59,172 nt of DNA from Patescibacteria group bacterium (GCA_018609195.1 JAHCSE010000006.1:1-59172), one strand, 5' to 3'. Shown: positions 33,983 to 42,058, counted from the stretch's first letter. Made by a program: numbers and translations. The notes: generated by a model from the sequence alone, not told the origin.

Positions 33983-36900
33983 TTAAAGCTTTTTAATTCC
34001 TATCCATAATTTTTGTTTATCGACCTTTATTTCTCGTTCTATATCAAAAGTTTGTTTTAACTTTTCTCCCAATAGAAAATTTTTGGCCTTCGTTTCTCTT
34101 ACAATAAAATTTTTGTTTTTGGCAAAAATCTGGTTTAAATTGGGAGATCCAAAATATTGAATTAAAATTCTATCTTTCGGTTTCAAATGAGCCATCCGCC
34201 TCATCTCCTGAATGTTGCGAATAACCTCTCTCATTAATCCTTCTTCTTTCAGCTTAACAGGAATTTCAGTATTCAAAGCAATTTTAAAACCATTAGCACT
34301 TTCAATAATCCAACTTTTTCCTTTTGGTAATTTTGAAACCAATGTAACCTCTTTGATATTTAATTCCTCTGAAATTAAGCCCAGAAGCTCTTTTCCTTTT
34401 GCGGGTTTTACAATTTGTAATTCAGAAAGAGGCTGTCGTACTTTAATTCCTGATCTCATTCTCGCTTTTAACCCGAGAGTAACAATCTGGCGGGTTTCAT
34501 CCATTTTTTTATTTAAATTTTCATCAATTAATTTTCTATTGGCTTTTGGCCAATTTTCCAAATGGACCCCGAAAGAAAGCTTTCGGCTGCCTACGGGACG
34601 GGCACTTTTTGTTAATTGCTGATAAATCTCTTCTGCTAAAAACGGAATTAAGGGAGCAGTTATTTTACTGAGGGTTAAAAGTAAATAATGTAAGACGGAG
34701 GCAGCCTCCATCTTTTCTTTTTTCCTCGAAGGTGACTGAAATCTTCTCCTTGATCTTCTGATGAACCATTGAGAAAGATCTTTAATAACAAAATTTTCAA
34801 TAGTTCTTGCAACTTCTGTAATTTTGTAGCTCTCTAAATTTTTTGTTGTCTCTAAAATTAACTGATTAACTCGAGAAATGATCCATTTATCTAATAAAGC
34901 CTCTGATTTACGCTGATAGTTACGCTGCTCACCCCTGATATTTTTCTGCGTAAATCGGCGTCGATGTCCGCGTTTATCAGCGTATGTGTTGTAAAACACA
35001 TAACAGTTCCAAAAAGTCATAATAAATCTTTTTAGACATTCTGAAACTTCTTTTTCCGAAAAAAATTTTGGATCTCCAGGTTGATTTACTTTAAAGAAAT
35101 ACCAACGGGTGGCATCTGAGCCATATTTTTCTATTATCTGCCAGGGATCTACTACATTTCCTTTTGATTTTGACATTTTCTTCCCTTTCTCATCTAAAAT
35201 ATGCCCCAAAGAAATAACATTTTTGAAAACACGCCCCCTTGAAAGGAGAGTGGAGACAGCTAAAAGAGTATAAAACCAACCCCGGGTTTGATCAACAGCT
35301 TCTGAAATATAGTCTGCGGGAAATTGGATTTTTTTTTCAATAAGGTCTTTATTTTCAAAAGGATAATGGTATTGAGCAAAAGGCATTGAGCCTGAATCAA
35401 ACCAAACATCCACTACTTCTTTAACCCTTTCCATTAGAGTTTTGCATTTTAAGCATTGGAATTTTACATCATCTACATAAGGCCGGTGAAAATCTAACTC
35501 CATTTTTTCATTATACGGGAGTTTTTTAAATCGAATTTTACGAATTTCTCCAGTTCCAATATAATTCTTATGCCTCTCTTTAGAATGCCAAAGTTCCTCA
35601 TTTGTCAAACCCTTCATTGCTCCTTCTAAAAGCCATAAAGGATCACCATGACTCACAATTAAAATTGTTTTATCTTTATATTTCTTATCAATCTCTTTAA
35701 TTACATCTGCTATTCTTTTTTTACAATCTGACCAACTTTCCCCTCCTTGGGGCGCTTTGAAAAATCTTTCTTTCGGATCGGAAAAAGCTTTATAAAATTT
35801 TCTTTTTAATTTTCCGCGATATACTCCCAAATTTATATCTCTCAATTTTTTATCTAAATGTACTGTAAGACCTAATTCTTTTGCTAAGATTTTAGCAGTT
35901 TGTATAGTTCTAAGCATATCTGAAGAATAGATAATATCAATTTTCATTTTTTTAAGCTTTCTTGCTAATCTCTGAATCTCTTCCTCCCCTTTTTTTGTTA
36001 AATAAACTGGGGGGATCCTAGGCCGAGAATAGGTGAAATCTTTCTTTTTCGTCTGATAAATAGTTTCTCCGTGTCTTAAAATATAATATTGATTAGTTGA
36101 AAATTTTTGTTTTAATAAATCTTCTTTTGAACCGATTACTTCTGTATTTTTGCATGATTTGCACTGCCAAATAGGTAAAGGTGTTCCCCAGTATCTTTCC
36201 CGAGAAAAAGTCCAATCTTTGATCTCTCTCAACCACTCCCCAAATCTCCCTTTTTTTAAATGGCCCGGCACCCAATTTATTTCCTCGTTGTTTTTAATAA
36301 GATCCTTTTTGATTTTAGTCATTCTGATAAACCATGACTTTTTTGCGAAATAGAGGAGGGGTGAATCACATCTCCAGCAGAAAGGATAATCGTGCTCATA
36401 CAACTCAGCTCTGAAAAGAAGATTTCTTTTTCTTAAATCTTCAATAATTAAAGGGTCAGCATCTTTAATAAACATTCCTGCCCAATTTTTAACATCTTTT
36501 TTAAATTTCCCTTCCTCATTAACAGTCATTAAAACCGGTAAGTTATTCTTTTTACCAACTACCATATCATCTTCTCCAAATGCAGGGGCAACATGAACCA
36601 AACCAGTCCCCTCTTTTAAAGAGACAAATTCCCCTCTAATGACTTTGTAGCTCGTAGCTAGTAATTGCCGCCTTTGGCGAGCCTCGCCTTTGGCGGGGTA
36701 GTTTGGAGGATAAAGTGGTTCATATTTTAATCCAATTAAATCTCCTCCTTTAACTCTTTGAATAATCCCGCCTTTGATATTACAAGCTTCCATTCTTTCT
36801 TCAGCTAAGATTAAATATTCATCATTAATTTTTATTCTGGCATAAGTAAATTCTGGATTTACCGCTAGTGCCACATTTCCTGGAAGAGTCCAGGGTGTGG

Positions 36901-37597
36901 TCGTCCAAACTAACAGGTATGTATTTGGGAATTTACGATTTTGAATCTTAAATTTAACATATATTGCAGGTTCCCTTATTTTTTCATATCCTTGGGCTAC
37001 CTCATGTGAAGAAAGAGCAGTTCCACACCTTGGACAATAAGGGACAACTTTGTAATCTTTGTATAATAATCCCTTTTGCCAAATTTTTTTTATTATCCAC
37101 CACAAGGTCTCAATATAATCTGTTTCATAAGTAATATACGGATTTTTCATATCTAACCAGAAGCCGATTCTCTCTGTTAATTTCTCCCATTCTTCCTTGT
37201 AGTTCCAAACAGATTCCTTACATTTTCTGTTAAAGCGGGATATCCCATATTTTTCAATATCTTTTTTTCTTTTCAAGCCCAATTTTTTCTCAATTTCCAA
37301 TTCAACTGGTAATCCGTGAGTATCCCAGCCAGCTTTTCTCAAAACCCTAAAACCTTGCATAGTTTTGTAACGACAAATAATATCTTTGTAAACCCTGCTT
37401 AAAACATGGTGGATTCCGGGTTCTGCATTCGCAGTAGGAGGCCCTTCGTAAAAGACAAAATTTTTAGCCCTCTTTCGCTTTTCAATCGATTTTTCAAAAA
37501 TCTTATTTTCCCTCCAAAATTTTAAGATCTTCTTCTCCAATTTCGGGAAATTAACTTCCATATTCTTTAAATTATCATTATTTTTGCTTTTTTTCAA
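33983..37597 (-). CDS. ileS: Isoleucyl-tRNA synthetase (type 2) with an embedded histidine-phosphatase domain
   Basis: EPGIHHVL (HIGH region), KMSKSKGN, WTTTPWT editing motif and CPRCG/CWRC zinc sites. The listed start is TTG. ATG at 37561 (MEVNFPKLEKKIL) is an equally likely start. Confidence 0.93.
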   Translation of the reverse strand: MKKSKNNDNLKNMEVNFPKLEKKILKFWRENKIFEKSIEKRKRAKNFVFYEGPPTANAEPGIHHVLSRVYKDIICRYKTMQGFRVLRKAGWDTHGLPVELEIEKKLGLKRKKDIEKYGISRFNRKCKESVWNYKEEWEKLTERIGFWLDMKNPYITYETDYIETLWWIIKKIWQKGLLYKDYKVVPYCPRCGTALSSHEVAQGYEKIREPAIYVKFKIQNRKFPNTYLLVWTTTPWTLPGNVALAVNPEFTYARIKINDEYLILAEERMEACNIKGGIIQRVKGGDLIGLKYEPLYPPNYPAKGEARQRRQLLATSYKVIRGEFVSLKEGTGLVHVAPAFGEDDMVVGKKNNLPVLMTVNEEGKFKKDVKNWAGMFIKDADPLIIEDLRKRNLLFRAELYEHDYPFCWRCDSPLLYFAKKSWFIRMTKIKKDLIKNNEEINWVPGHLKKGRFGEWLREIKDWTFSRERYWGTPLPIWQCKSCKNTEVIGSKEDLLKQKFSTNQYYILRHGETIYQTKKKDFTYSRPRIPPVYLTKKGEEEIQRLARKLKKMKIDIIYSSDMLRTIQTAKILAKELGLTVHLDKKLRDINLGVYRGKLKRKFYKAFSDPKERFFKAPQGGESWSDCKKRIADVIKEIDKKYKDKTILIVSHGDPLWLLEGAMKGLTNEELWHSKERHKNYIGTGEIRKIRFKKLPYNEKMELDFHRPYVDDVKFQCLKCKTLMERVKEVVDVWFDSGSMPFAQYHYPFENKDLIEKKIQFPADYISEAVDQTRGWFYTLLAVSTLLSRGRVFKNVISLGHILDEKGKKMSKSKGNVVDPWQIIEKYGSDATRWYFFKVNQPGDPKFFSEKEVSECLKRFIMTFWNCYVFYNTYADKRGHRRRFTQKNIRGEQRNYQRKSEALLDKWIISRVNQLILETTKNLESYKITEVARTIENFVIKDLSQWFIRRSRRRFQSPSRKKEKMEAASVLHYLLLTLSKITAPLIPFLAEEIYQQLTKSARPVGSRKLSFGVHLENWPKANRKLIDENLNKKMDETRQIVTLGLKARMRSGIKVRQPLSELQIVKPAKGKELLGLISEELNIKEVTLVSKLPKGKSWIIESANGFKIALNTEIPVKLKEEGLMREVIRNIQEMRRMAHLKPKDRILIQYFGSPNLNQIFAKNKNFIVRETKAKNFLLGEKLKQTFDIEREIKVDKQKLWIGIKKL
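34901..34981. repeat. Repeat patch in frame inside ileS (encodes ADKRGHRRRFTQKNIRGEQRNYQRKSE)
   Basis: Interleaved inverted repeats gatttacgc (34905-13) with gcgtaaatc (34948-56), and tacgctgata (34909-18) with tatcagcgta (34975-84). Confidence 0.6.
35528..36091 (-). other. Histidine phosphatase (PGAM/His_Phos_1-type) domain inserted in IleRS (about aa 503-690)
   Basis: YYILRHGET, SSDMLRTIQTA, LRDINLGVYRG, GGESWSD and ILIVSHGD, all in frame between QCKSCK and FQCLKCK. Confidence 0.85.
36650..36703. repeat. GC-rich mini-hairpin repeat in frame inside ileS (encodes NYPAKGEARQRRQLLATS)
   Basis: cgcctttggcg at 36669-36679 and 36685-36695. The same 11-mer also occurs at 48672-48682. Confidence 0.6.
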
Positions 37598-37631
37598 ATA
37601 AAGAGGGGTAAAAAAACATTTACCCCTTTTT
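37596..37631. terminator. Hairpin terminator between argS and ileS
   Basis: 8-bp stem GGGGTAAA/TTTACCCC with T-rich runs on both sides. Confidence 0.6.
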
Positions 37632-37656
37632 CATCTCAAGATTACTTCTTAAATTT

Positions 37657-39249
37657 TCACATTCTCTCTGGGGCGGAAATCCCCATTACATATAAAGTAT
37701 TTTTTAATACATTTTTAGTTGCTAAAACCAAACCTAAACGAGCCTCGGTTAACTCTTTATCTTCTGATAGCACCTTACAGTCTCGGTAAAATTGATGGAA
37801 AACAGTGGCTAAATCTATGGCATATTGAGGAATTCTCTGAATTTGGTAATCTTTTGCCGTATCTTCAACAACTTCAGGAAAGCGAATCAACTGTTTGATT
37901 AAATTTAGCTCTGGAGGATGACTTAATAAATGGAGGTTTTTGGTTTTTTGTTTTTGATTTTTGGTTTTCCGCAAGATGCTTGCAATTCTAGCATGGGCGT
38001 ATTGAACATAATAAACCGGGCTTTTAGCTGATCTTTCTTTGGCTAACTCAACATCAAATTCCATCTGGGTATTCAATGATTTCATTAAGTAAAAAAACCT
38101 GGCTGCATCCAGTCCCACTTCATCTATTAACCATTCTAAAGTAACAATCTTTCCTCTTCTTTTGGAAATTTTTCCCTTTTTTAATCTTACAATCTGAGAA
38201 ATTAAAATATCAAAATCTCCCCTAAAGCCTAAAATTTTAGCTGCAGCTTTCATTTTGGGAACATGCCCTTGATGATCTGCTCCCCAGATATTTATAATTT
38301 TTGAAAAACCTCTCTCAAATTTATCTTGATGATAAGCAACATCTGACAAAAAATAGGTAGGTTCTCCTGTCTGACGGATAATAACTTCATCTTTTTTAGC
38401 TCCAAATTTTGATATTTTTAGCCATTCTGCTCCTTCTTTTCGATAAACTAATTCTTTTTTTCTTAGCATATCGTAAACTTTCTTAATTTTGCTTTTTCTG
38501 TAAAAATTTTCTTCTGAAATCCACTTGTCAAATTTGATTTTTAATTTTTTCTTAATGAAATCTCTAATATCTTTTTGAATTCCCTGAGATAGTAAAAAAC
38601 CGGCCTCCCCTTCATCAGCTGCCAGTCTTAATTTCGGGCTTAATTTCTTAATTTTTGATTGTAAATCTTTTGTTAAGTAGGTAATTCCTTTCCCCAGAGC
38701 TGTTTTTCCTAATATTTTAATTTGAGAGTTTCCCATGGCATCATTAATGTAATATTCCCGAGTTACTTTATAGCCTGCTTTTTCTATAATATTGGATAGA
38801 CAATCGCCAAAAAAAGCTCCCCGGCCATTACCCAAATGTAAAAACCCCGTGGGATTTGCAGAAATAAATTCAGCATTAACTTTTTGATTTTTACCAATTT
38901 CTAACTTGCCAAATTCCTCTCCTTCCCTGAGAATTCCCTCAACTTCTCTTTGTAAGTACTCCTTGGAAAGAAAAAAATTGATAAAACCTGGTTCAACAAT
39001 TTTAACTTTCTCAAAAAGCTGAGAACCTAAAACCTGCAACCTAGAACCTAAGAGATTGGCTATTTCCATTGGGCTCATTTTCCCAATTCTTGCAATCTTT
39101 AAAGCAGTATTTGTGGCATAATCACCATGAATTTTCTCTTCAGGTTTTTCAACTAAAATCTCAGGAATTTTAAATTTAGTCAGCTTTTTCTCTTGCTGGG
39201 CTTTCTGGATAGCTTTTTGAATTAAATTTTTAATCTTTTCTCGTGTCAT
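37657..39249 (-). CDS. argS: Arginyl-tRNA synthetase
   Basis: SANPTGFLHLGNGRG (HIGH region) and C-terminal DALR anticodon-binding domain ending ...ISAPERM. Confidence 0.94.
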   Translation of the reverse strand: MTREKIKNLIQKAIQKAQQEKKLTKFKIPEILVEKPEEKIHGDYATNTALKIARIGKMSPMEIANLLGSRLQVLGSQLFEKVKIVEPGFINFFLSKEYLQREVEGILREGEEFGKLEIGKNQKVNAEFISANPTGFLHLGNGRGAFFGDCLSNIIEKAGYKVTREYYINDAMGNSQIKILGKTALGKGITYLTKDLQSKIKKLSPKLRLAADEGEAGFLLSQGIQKDIRDFIKKKLKIKFDKWISEENFYRKSKIKKVYDMLRKKELVYRKEGAEWLKISKFGAKKDEVIIRQTGEPTYFLSDVAYHQDKFERGFSKIINIWGADHQGHVPKMKAAAKILGFRGDFDILISQIVRLKKGKISKRRGKIVTLEWLIDEVGLDAARFFYLMKSLNTQMEFDVELAKERSAKSPVYYVQYAHARIASILRKTKNQKQKTKNLHLLSHPPELNLIKQLIRFPEVVEDTAKDYQIQRIPQYAIDLATVFHQFYRDCKVLSEDKELTEARLGLVLATKNVLKNTLYVMGISAPERM

Positions 39250-39310
39250 TAAGTACTTTTAGTTTATCCCATTTTACTTAAAAATTAAAGAAATCAATGC
39301 TAAACTGAAA

Positions 39311-39763
39311 TTGGTGAAAGTCTTAACTGAAAATAAAAAAGCTTATTTTAACTACGAAATCCTGGAAAAATTTGAGGCAGGTTTAGTTTTAATTGGCCAA
39401 GAGGTAAAATCAATTAAATTAGGGAGAATTAATATAGCTGGATCATATGTTGTAATAAAAGAAAATGAAGTTTTCCTAATTGGGTGTCGCATTCCTCCTT
39501 ATCAACCAAAAAACGCTCCTCCAGATTACAACCCTGAAAGACCTCGAAAGCTCCTTTTAAAGAAATTAGAGATTAAATATTTAATTGGTAAATCAAAACA
39601 AAAAGGCTTGACTTTGGTGCCTTTGAGGGTGTATACTAAAAGAGGAAAAATAAAGCTTGAATTTGGAATAGCTAAAGGAAAGAAAAAAGTTGATAAAAGA
39701 GAGTTAATTAAAAAAAGAGATATAGAAAGAGAAATGAAAAGAGAGTTTAAATTAAGGGGGTGA
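39311..39763 (+). CDS. smpB: SsrA-binding protein SmpB
   Basis: NKKAYFNYEILEKFEAGLVLIGQEVKSI and a basic C-terminal tail. TTG or GTG start. Confidence 0.93.
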   Translation: MVKVLTENKKAYFNYEILEKFEAGLVLIGQEVKSIKLGRINIAGSYVVIKENEVFLIGCRIPPYQPKNAPPDYNPERPRKLLLKKLEIKYLIGKSKQKGLTLVPLRVYTKRGKIKLEFGIAKGKKKVDKRELIKKRDIEREMKREFKLRG

Positions 39764-40107
39764 CAAGAATCGACAGAAATTGAACCAAAAATAGGCAAGC
39801 CGAGTGTTCTCAAATCTCGCAAAACATTTGAGAATCGGAAATAAGTGCCAACTTATTCCAAAAACCCGCATTAGCTTACGCTTAATGCCATCTGCTTTAG
39901 TGATTCTCGATAGCTACAAGTCAGGTGTCATACATATCGAGATAGATGGCTCTTTTTAAGGTCTAAAAAAGAACTATTGAATCAAAAATAGACCAAAGAA
40001 GAAAGATTTTGCCCAATTAAAACTTTCTCCTTACTCTCAAATTGGGATAAGCTTGTAGATCTATTTTGGGAAAATTTCTGGACGCGAGCTCGCCCTCGCC
40101 ACCTCCA
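39756..40107 (+). ncRNA. ssrA: tmRNA (ssrA), with tag reading frame 39847-39885 encoding ANLFQKPALAYA
   Basis: 5' GGGGGTG pairs with 3' CACCTCC-A, including the G3:U70 alanine identity pair. T-arm-like GCGAG...CTCGC. The tag ORF GCC AAC ... GCT TAA follows AAUAAGU. It sits immediately after smpB. Confidence 0.85.
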
Positions 40108-40111
40108 CTGA

Positions 40112-40621
40112 ATTCTGTTCAAAAAACCTTTAGTCAACAATCAAATCAGGGCTCCTCGAGTAAGAGTCATAGATGAATCTGGAAAGCAGTTAGGGATTAT
40201 GAATTTACCGGAAGCGCTCCAAATAACCAGGGAGCGCAATTTAGATTTAGTGCAGGTTACTGAAAGAGTAGAACCCCCTGTTTGCAAAATTATTGATTAT
40301 GGAAAATATCTTTACCGAGAGCAGAAAAAGCAAAAAGAGGCAAAAAAACAAACTGGTCAATTAAAACAAATTCGAATCTCTTTTAAGATTTCCGTACATG
40401 ATTTAGAAACTAAAGCTAATTTAGCAGAAAAATTTTTAAAAAAGGGAAATAGGGTGTTAATAGCGATGCCTCTCAGGGGAAGGGAAAAAAGTCTCCGAGG
40501 ATTTGCCAGAGAAAAAATGAATAAATTTTTAGAAATTTTACAAAATCTTACCCCAATAAAGATTGAAAGAGAAATAAAATCAGAGCCAAGGGGATTAACA
40601 ATATTCATCGTTAAAGGCTAA
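40112..40621 (+). CDS. infC: Translation initiation factor IF-3, probably with an ATT start
   Basis: The frame opens at 40112 just after an in-frame TGA. The conserved N-terminal segment VNNQIRAPRVRVIDESGKQLGI lies upstream of the listed ATG (40199). ATT at 40112 is the first plausible start codon. Confidence 0.8.
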   Translation: MLFKKPLVNNQIRAPRVRVIDESGKQLGIMNLPEALQITRERNLDLVQVTERVEPPVCKIIDYGKYLYREQKKQKEAKKQTGQLKQIRISFKISVHDLETKANLAEKFLKKGNRVLIAMPLRGREKSLRGFAREKMNKFLEILQNLTPIKIEREIKSEPRGLTIFIVKG

Positions 40622-40628
40622 GATTATT

Positions 40629-40823
40629 ATGAGAAAGAGAAAGATTAGAAAAGCAATCTTAAAAAGATTTAAATTTACCAAAAGGGGTAAAATTCTCAGA
40701 AGGGCAACTGGCTTGGACCATTATTTAGCTAAAAAATCGGGAAAAAAAAGACGGCAAAAAAGGAAATGGGTTAAATTATCAAAATGGGAGACTAAAAAAA
40801 TAAAAAAACTAGTAGGAGGATAA
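40629..40823 (+). CDS. rpmI: 50S ribosomal protein L35
   Basis: 64-aa basic protein, KRFKFTKRGKILRR, in the infC-rpmI-rplT order. Confidence 0.9.
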   Translation: MRKRKIRKAILKRFKFTKRGKILRRATGLDHYLAKKSGKKRRQKRKWVKLSKWETKKIKKLVGG

Positions 40824-40832
40824 ATATAAATA

Positions 40833-41183
40833 ATGGTAAGAGTTAAAAGAGGAAAAATTGCTCGCAAAAAAAGAAAGCGTTTATTAAAATACACTAAGGG
40901 TTTTCGTTGGGGAAGAAGGATAAAATTCAAAGCTGCAAAAGAAGCTATATTTCATGCCTGGAGATATGCTTATCGAGATAGAAGAACTAAAAAGAGAGAT
41001 TTTAGAAGACTCTGGCAGATTCAAATTTCAGCTGCCTGTCGAAAATTAGGTTTAAATTACAGCCGATTTATTTATAATTTGAAACAAAAGAAGATTGAAT
41101 TAGATCGTAAAATATTAGCAGATTTTGCGAGAAATCATCCGGAAATTTTTGAAAAAATAGTTGAGAAAATAAAACTGAAATAA
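40833..41183 (+). CDS. rplT: 50S ribosomal protein L20
   Basis: MVRVKRG, YAYRDRR.KKRDFRRLWI pattern, 116 aa. Confidence 0.95.
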   Translation: MVRVKRGKIARKKRKRLLKYTKGFRWGRRIKFKAAKEAIFHAWRYAYRDRRTKKRDFRRLWQIQISAACRKLGLNYSRFIYNLKQKKIELDRKILADFARNHPEIFEKIVEKIKLK

Positions 41184-41185
41184 TC

Positions 41186-41214
41186 TTGACAAGGTTTCTT
41201 GGAAACGATAATGT
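41186..41214 (+). promoter_or_regulatory. Promoter-like element directly after the rplT stop
   Basis: TTGACA, 17-nt spacer, TAATGT. Confidence 0.5.
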
Positions 41215-41220
41215 AGATGT

Positions 41221-41434
41221 AAGCTAAGGGCGGCTTTTGCGGATCGACGCACTCTCCCTTTGGGAAGGAGGACATCAACGCACCCCCGCGATGAAATGTA
41301 ACGTACCCGTGAAAGTCACCCTTAGCCCTAGCACTTTTCCTTGTCACTGAGGAGGCAAGCCTAACTTAGTGGCTCTACTCCGTACAATTGTTCTTTATTT
41401 AAGGCCTTTCTTTTAGAGAGGCCTCCTTTATTTT
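41221..41434 (+). ncRNA. Candidate structured ncRNA of unknown class, about 215 nt
   Basis: GC-rich non-coding stretch bounded by the promoter-like element and an intrinsic terminator. Closing helix GCTAAGGG (41223-30) with CCCTTAGC (41319-26) and internal helices. No convincing ORF. Confidence 0.45.
41403..41434 (+). terminator. Intrinsic terminator
   Basis: GGCCTTTC-tttta-GAGAGGCC (8 bp including one G:U pair), followed by TCCTTTATTTT. Confidence 0.75.
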
Positions 41435-41440
41435 CTAATA

Positions 41441-41471
41441 AAAAAATAGACGGCCGAGATACCGGTCGTCT
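41441..41471 (-). terminator. Intrinsic terminator of the NUDIX gene
   Basis: 9-bp stem AGACGACCG/CGGCCGTCT on the minus strand, followed by ATTTTTT. Confidence 0.7.
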
Positions 41472-41504
41472 TATACTTTGCGGAGTGAGAAGCCTTTCGA
41501 GGCT

Positions 41505-41930
41505 TTATTTATTTAACTCTATAAAAAGTCGGCAGCAAAGAGATCCTTTTGAAACTGCCTCTCTTAAATCCTCCGCCTTCCCCCATTTCCATGTTTGGTA
41601 TCGGGTAATACCTGGAATATTTTGAGGAACCTCAGGTGTGCCTGAAACAATCTTAGCTTCAAAAAGTTTCATAAAAAGAATGTAGTCCTCACGCTCTGTG
41701 GTTCCTTTATTTAATTCGTTACCAATCCGAAGTTGAATCCCAAGTTTCTCCCTGCCGGAACGCAAAACGGCATCCTCATCAGACTCACCTGCCCTCACCA
41801 TTCCTGCTGGAAGACCCCAGACATCGGGTAATTCTTCATCATCTGCTGGTCTTTTCACAACCAAAAATTCATTTTTTCCAGGATCTCTGTAAATCACAAA
41901 TGATATTGCGTTCTCTGTTGGTTTTTCCAC
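41505..41930 (-). CDS. NUDIX hydrolase
   Basis: GTG start with AAGGAGGG upstream. NUDIX-box-like GLPAGMVRAGESDEDAVLRSGREKLGI. Confidence 0.7.
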   Translation of the reverse strand: MEKPTENAISFVIYRDPGKNEFLVVKRPADDEELPDVWGLPAGMVRAGESDEDAVLRSGREKLGIQLRIGNELNKGTTEREDYILFMKLFEAKIVSGTPEVPQNIPGITRYQTWKWGKAEDLREAVSKGSLCCRLFIELNK

Positions 41931-42018
41931 AGTTGCTCCCTCCTTTAAAAATCTTTCTTTATTTTAAGCAAGATTTAAATTACTGTAAAGGGTTTTTTGA
42001 AAAGTCTATTTTTCTAAT

Positions 42019-42050
42019 AAAAGGTCGCCTGGCAATCAGGCGACTTTTTT
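42019..42050. terminator. Bidirectional hairpin terminator downstream of purF
   Basis: GTCGCCTG-gcaat-CAGGCGAC, with T6 on the plus strand and CTTTTATT on the minus strand. Confidence 0.65.
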
Positions 42051-42058
42051 GAACAGAA

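Noticed and set aside
40199-40201. The ATG at 40199 as the infC start, as listed in the ORF track.
   Set aside because: It would remove the conserved IF-3 N-terminal segment (NNQIRAPRVRVIDESGKQLGI), which is encoded in frame upstream.
41135-41347. ORF 41135..41347 (-, 70 aa), and a 19-codon plus-strand ORF starting at 41291.
   Set aside because: The minus ORF runs antisense into rplT and across the structured GC-rich region, with no SD. The plus ORF has no properly spaced SD. The region fits an RNA element better.
41221-41434. Assignment of the candidate ncRNA to SRP RNA, RNase P RNA, 6S RNA, or a ZTP, fluoride or c-di-GMP riboswitch.
   Set aside because: I could not find the conserved cores, for example a GNAR loop followed by GGAAGCAGC for SRP RNA, or GAGGAAAGTCC for RNase P. 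No downstream gene lies on the same strand, so the class is left open.
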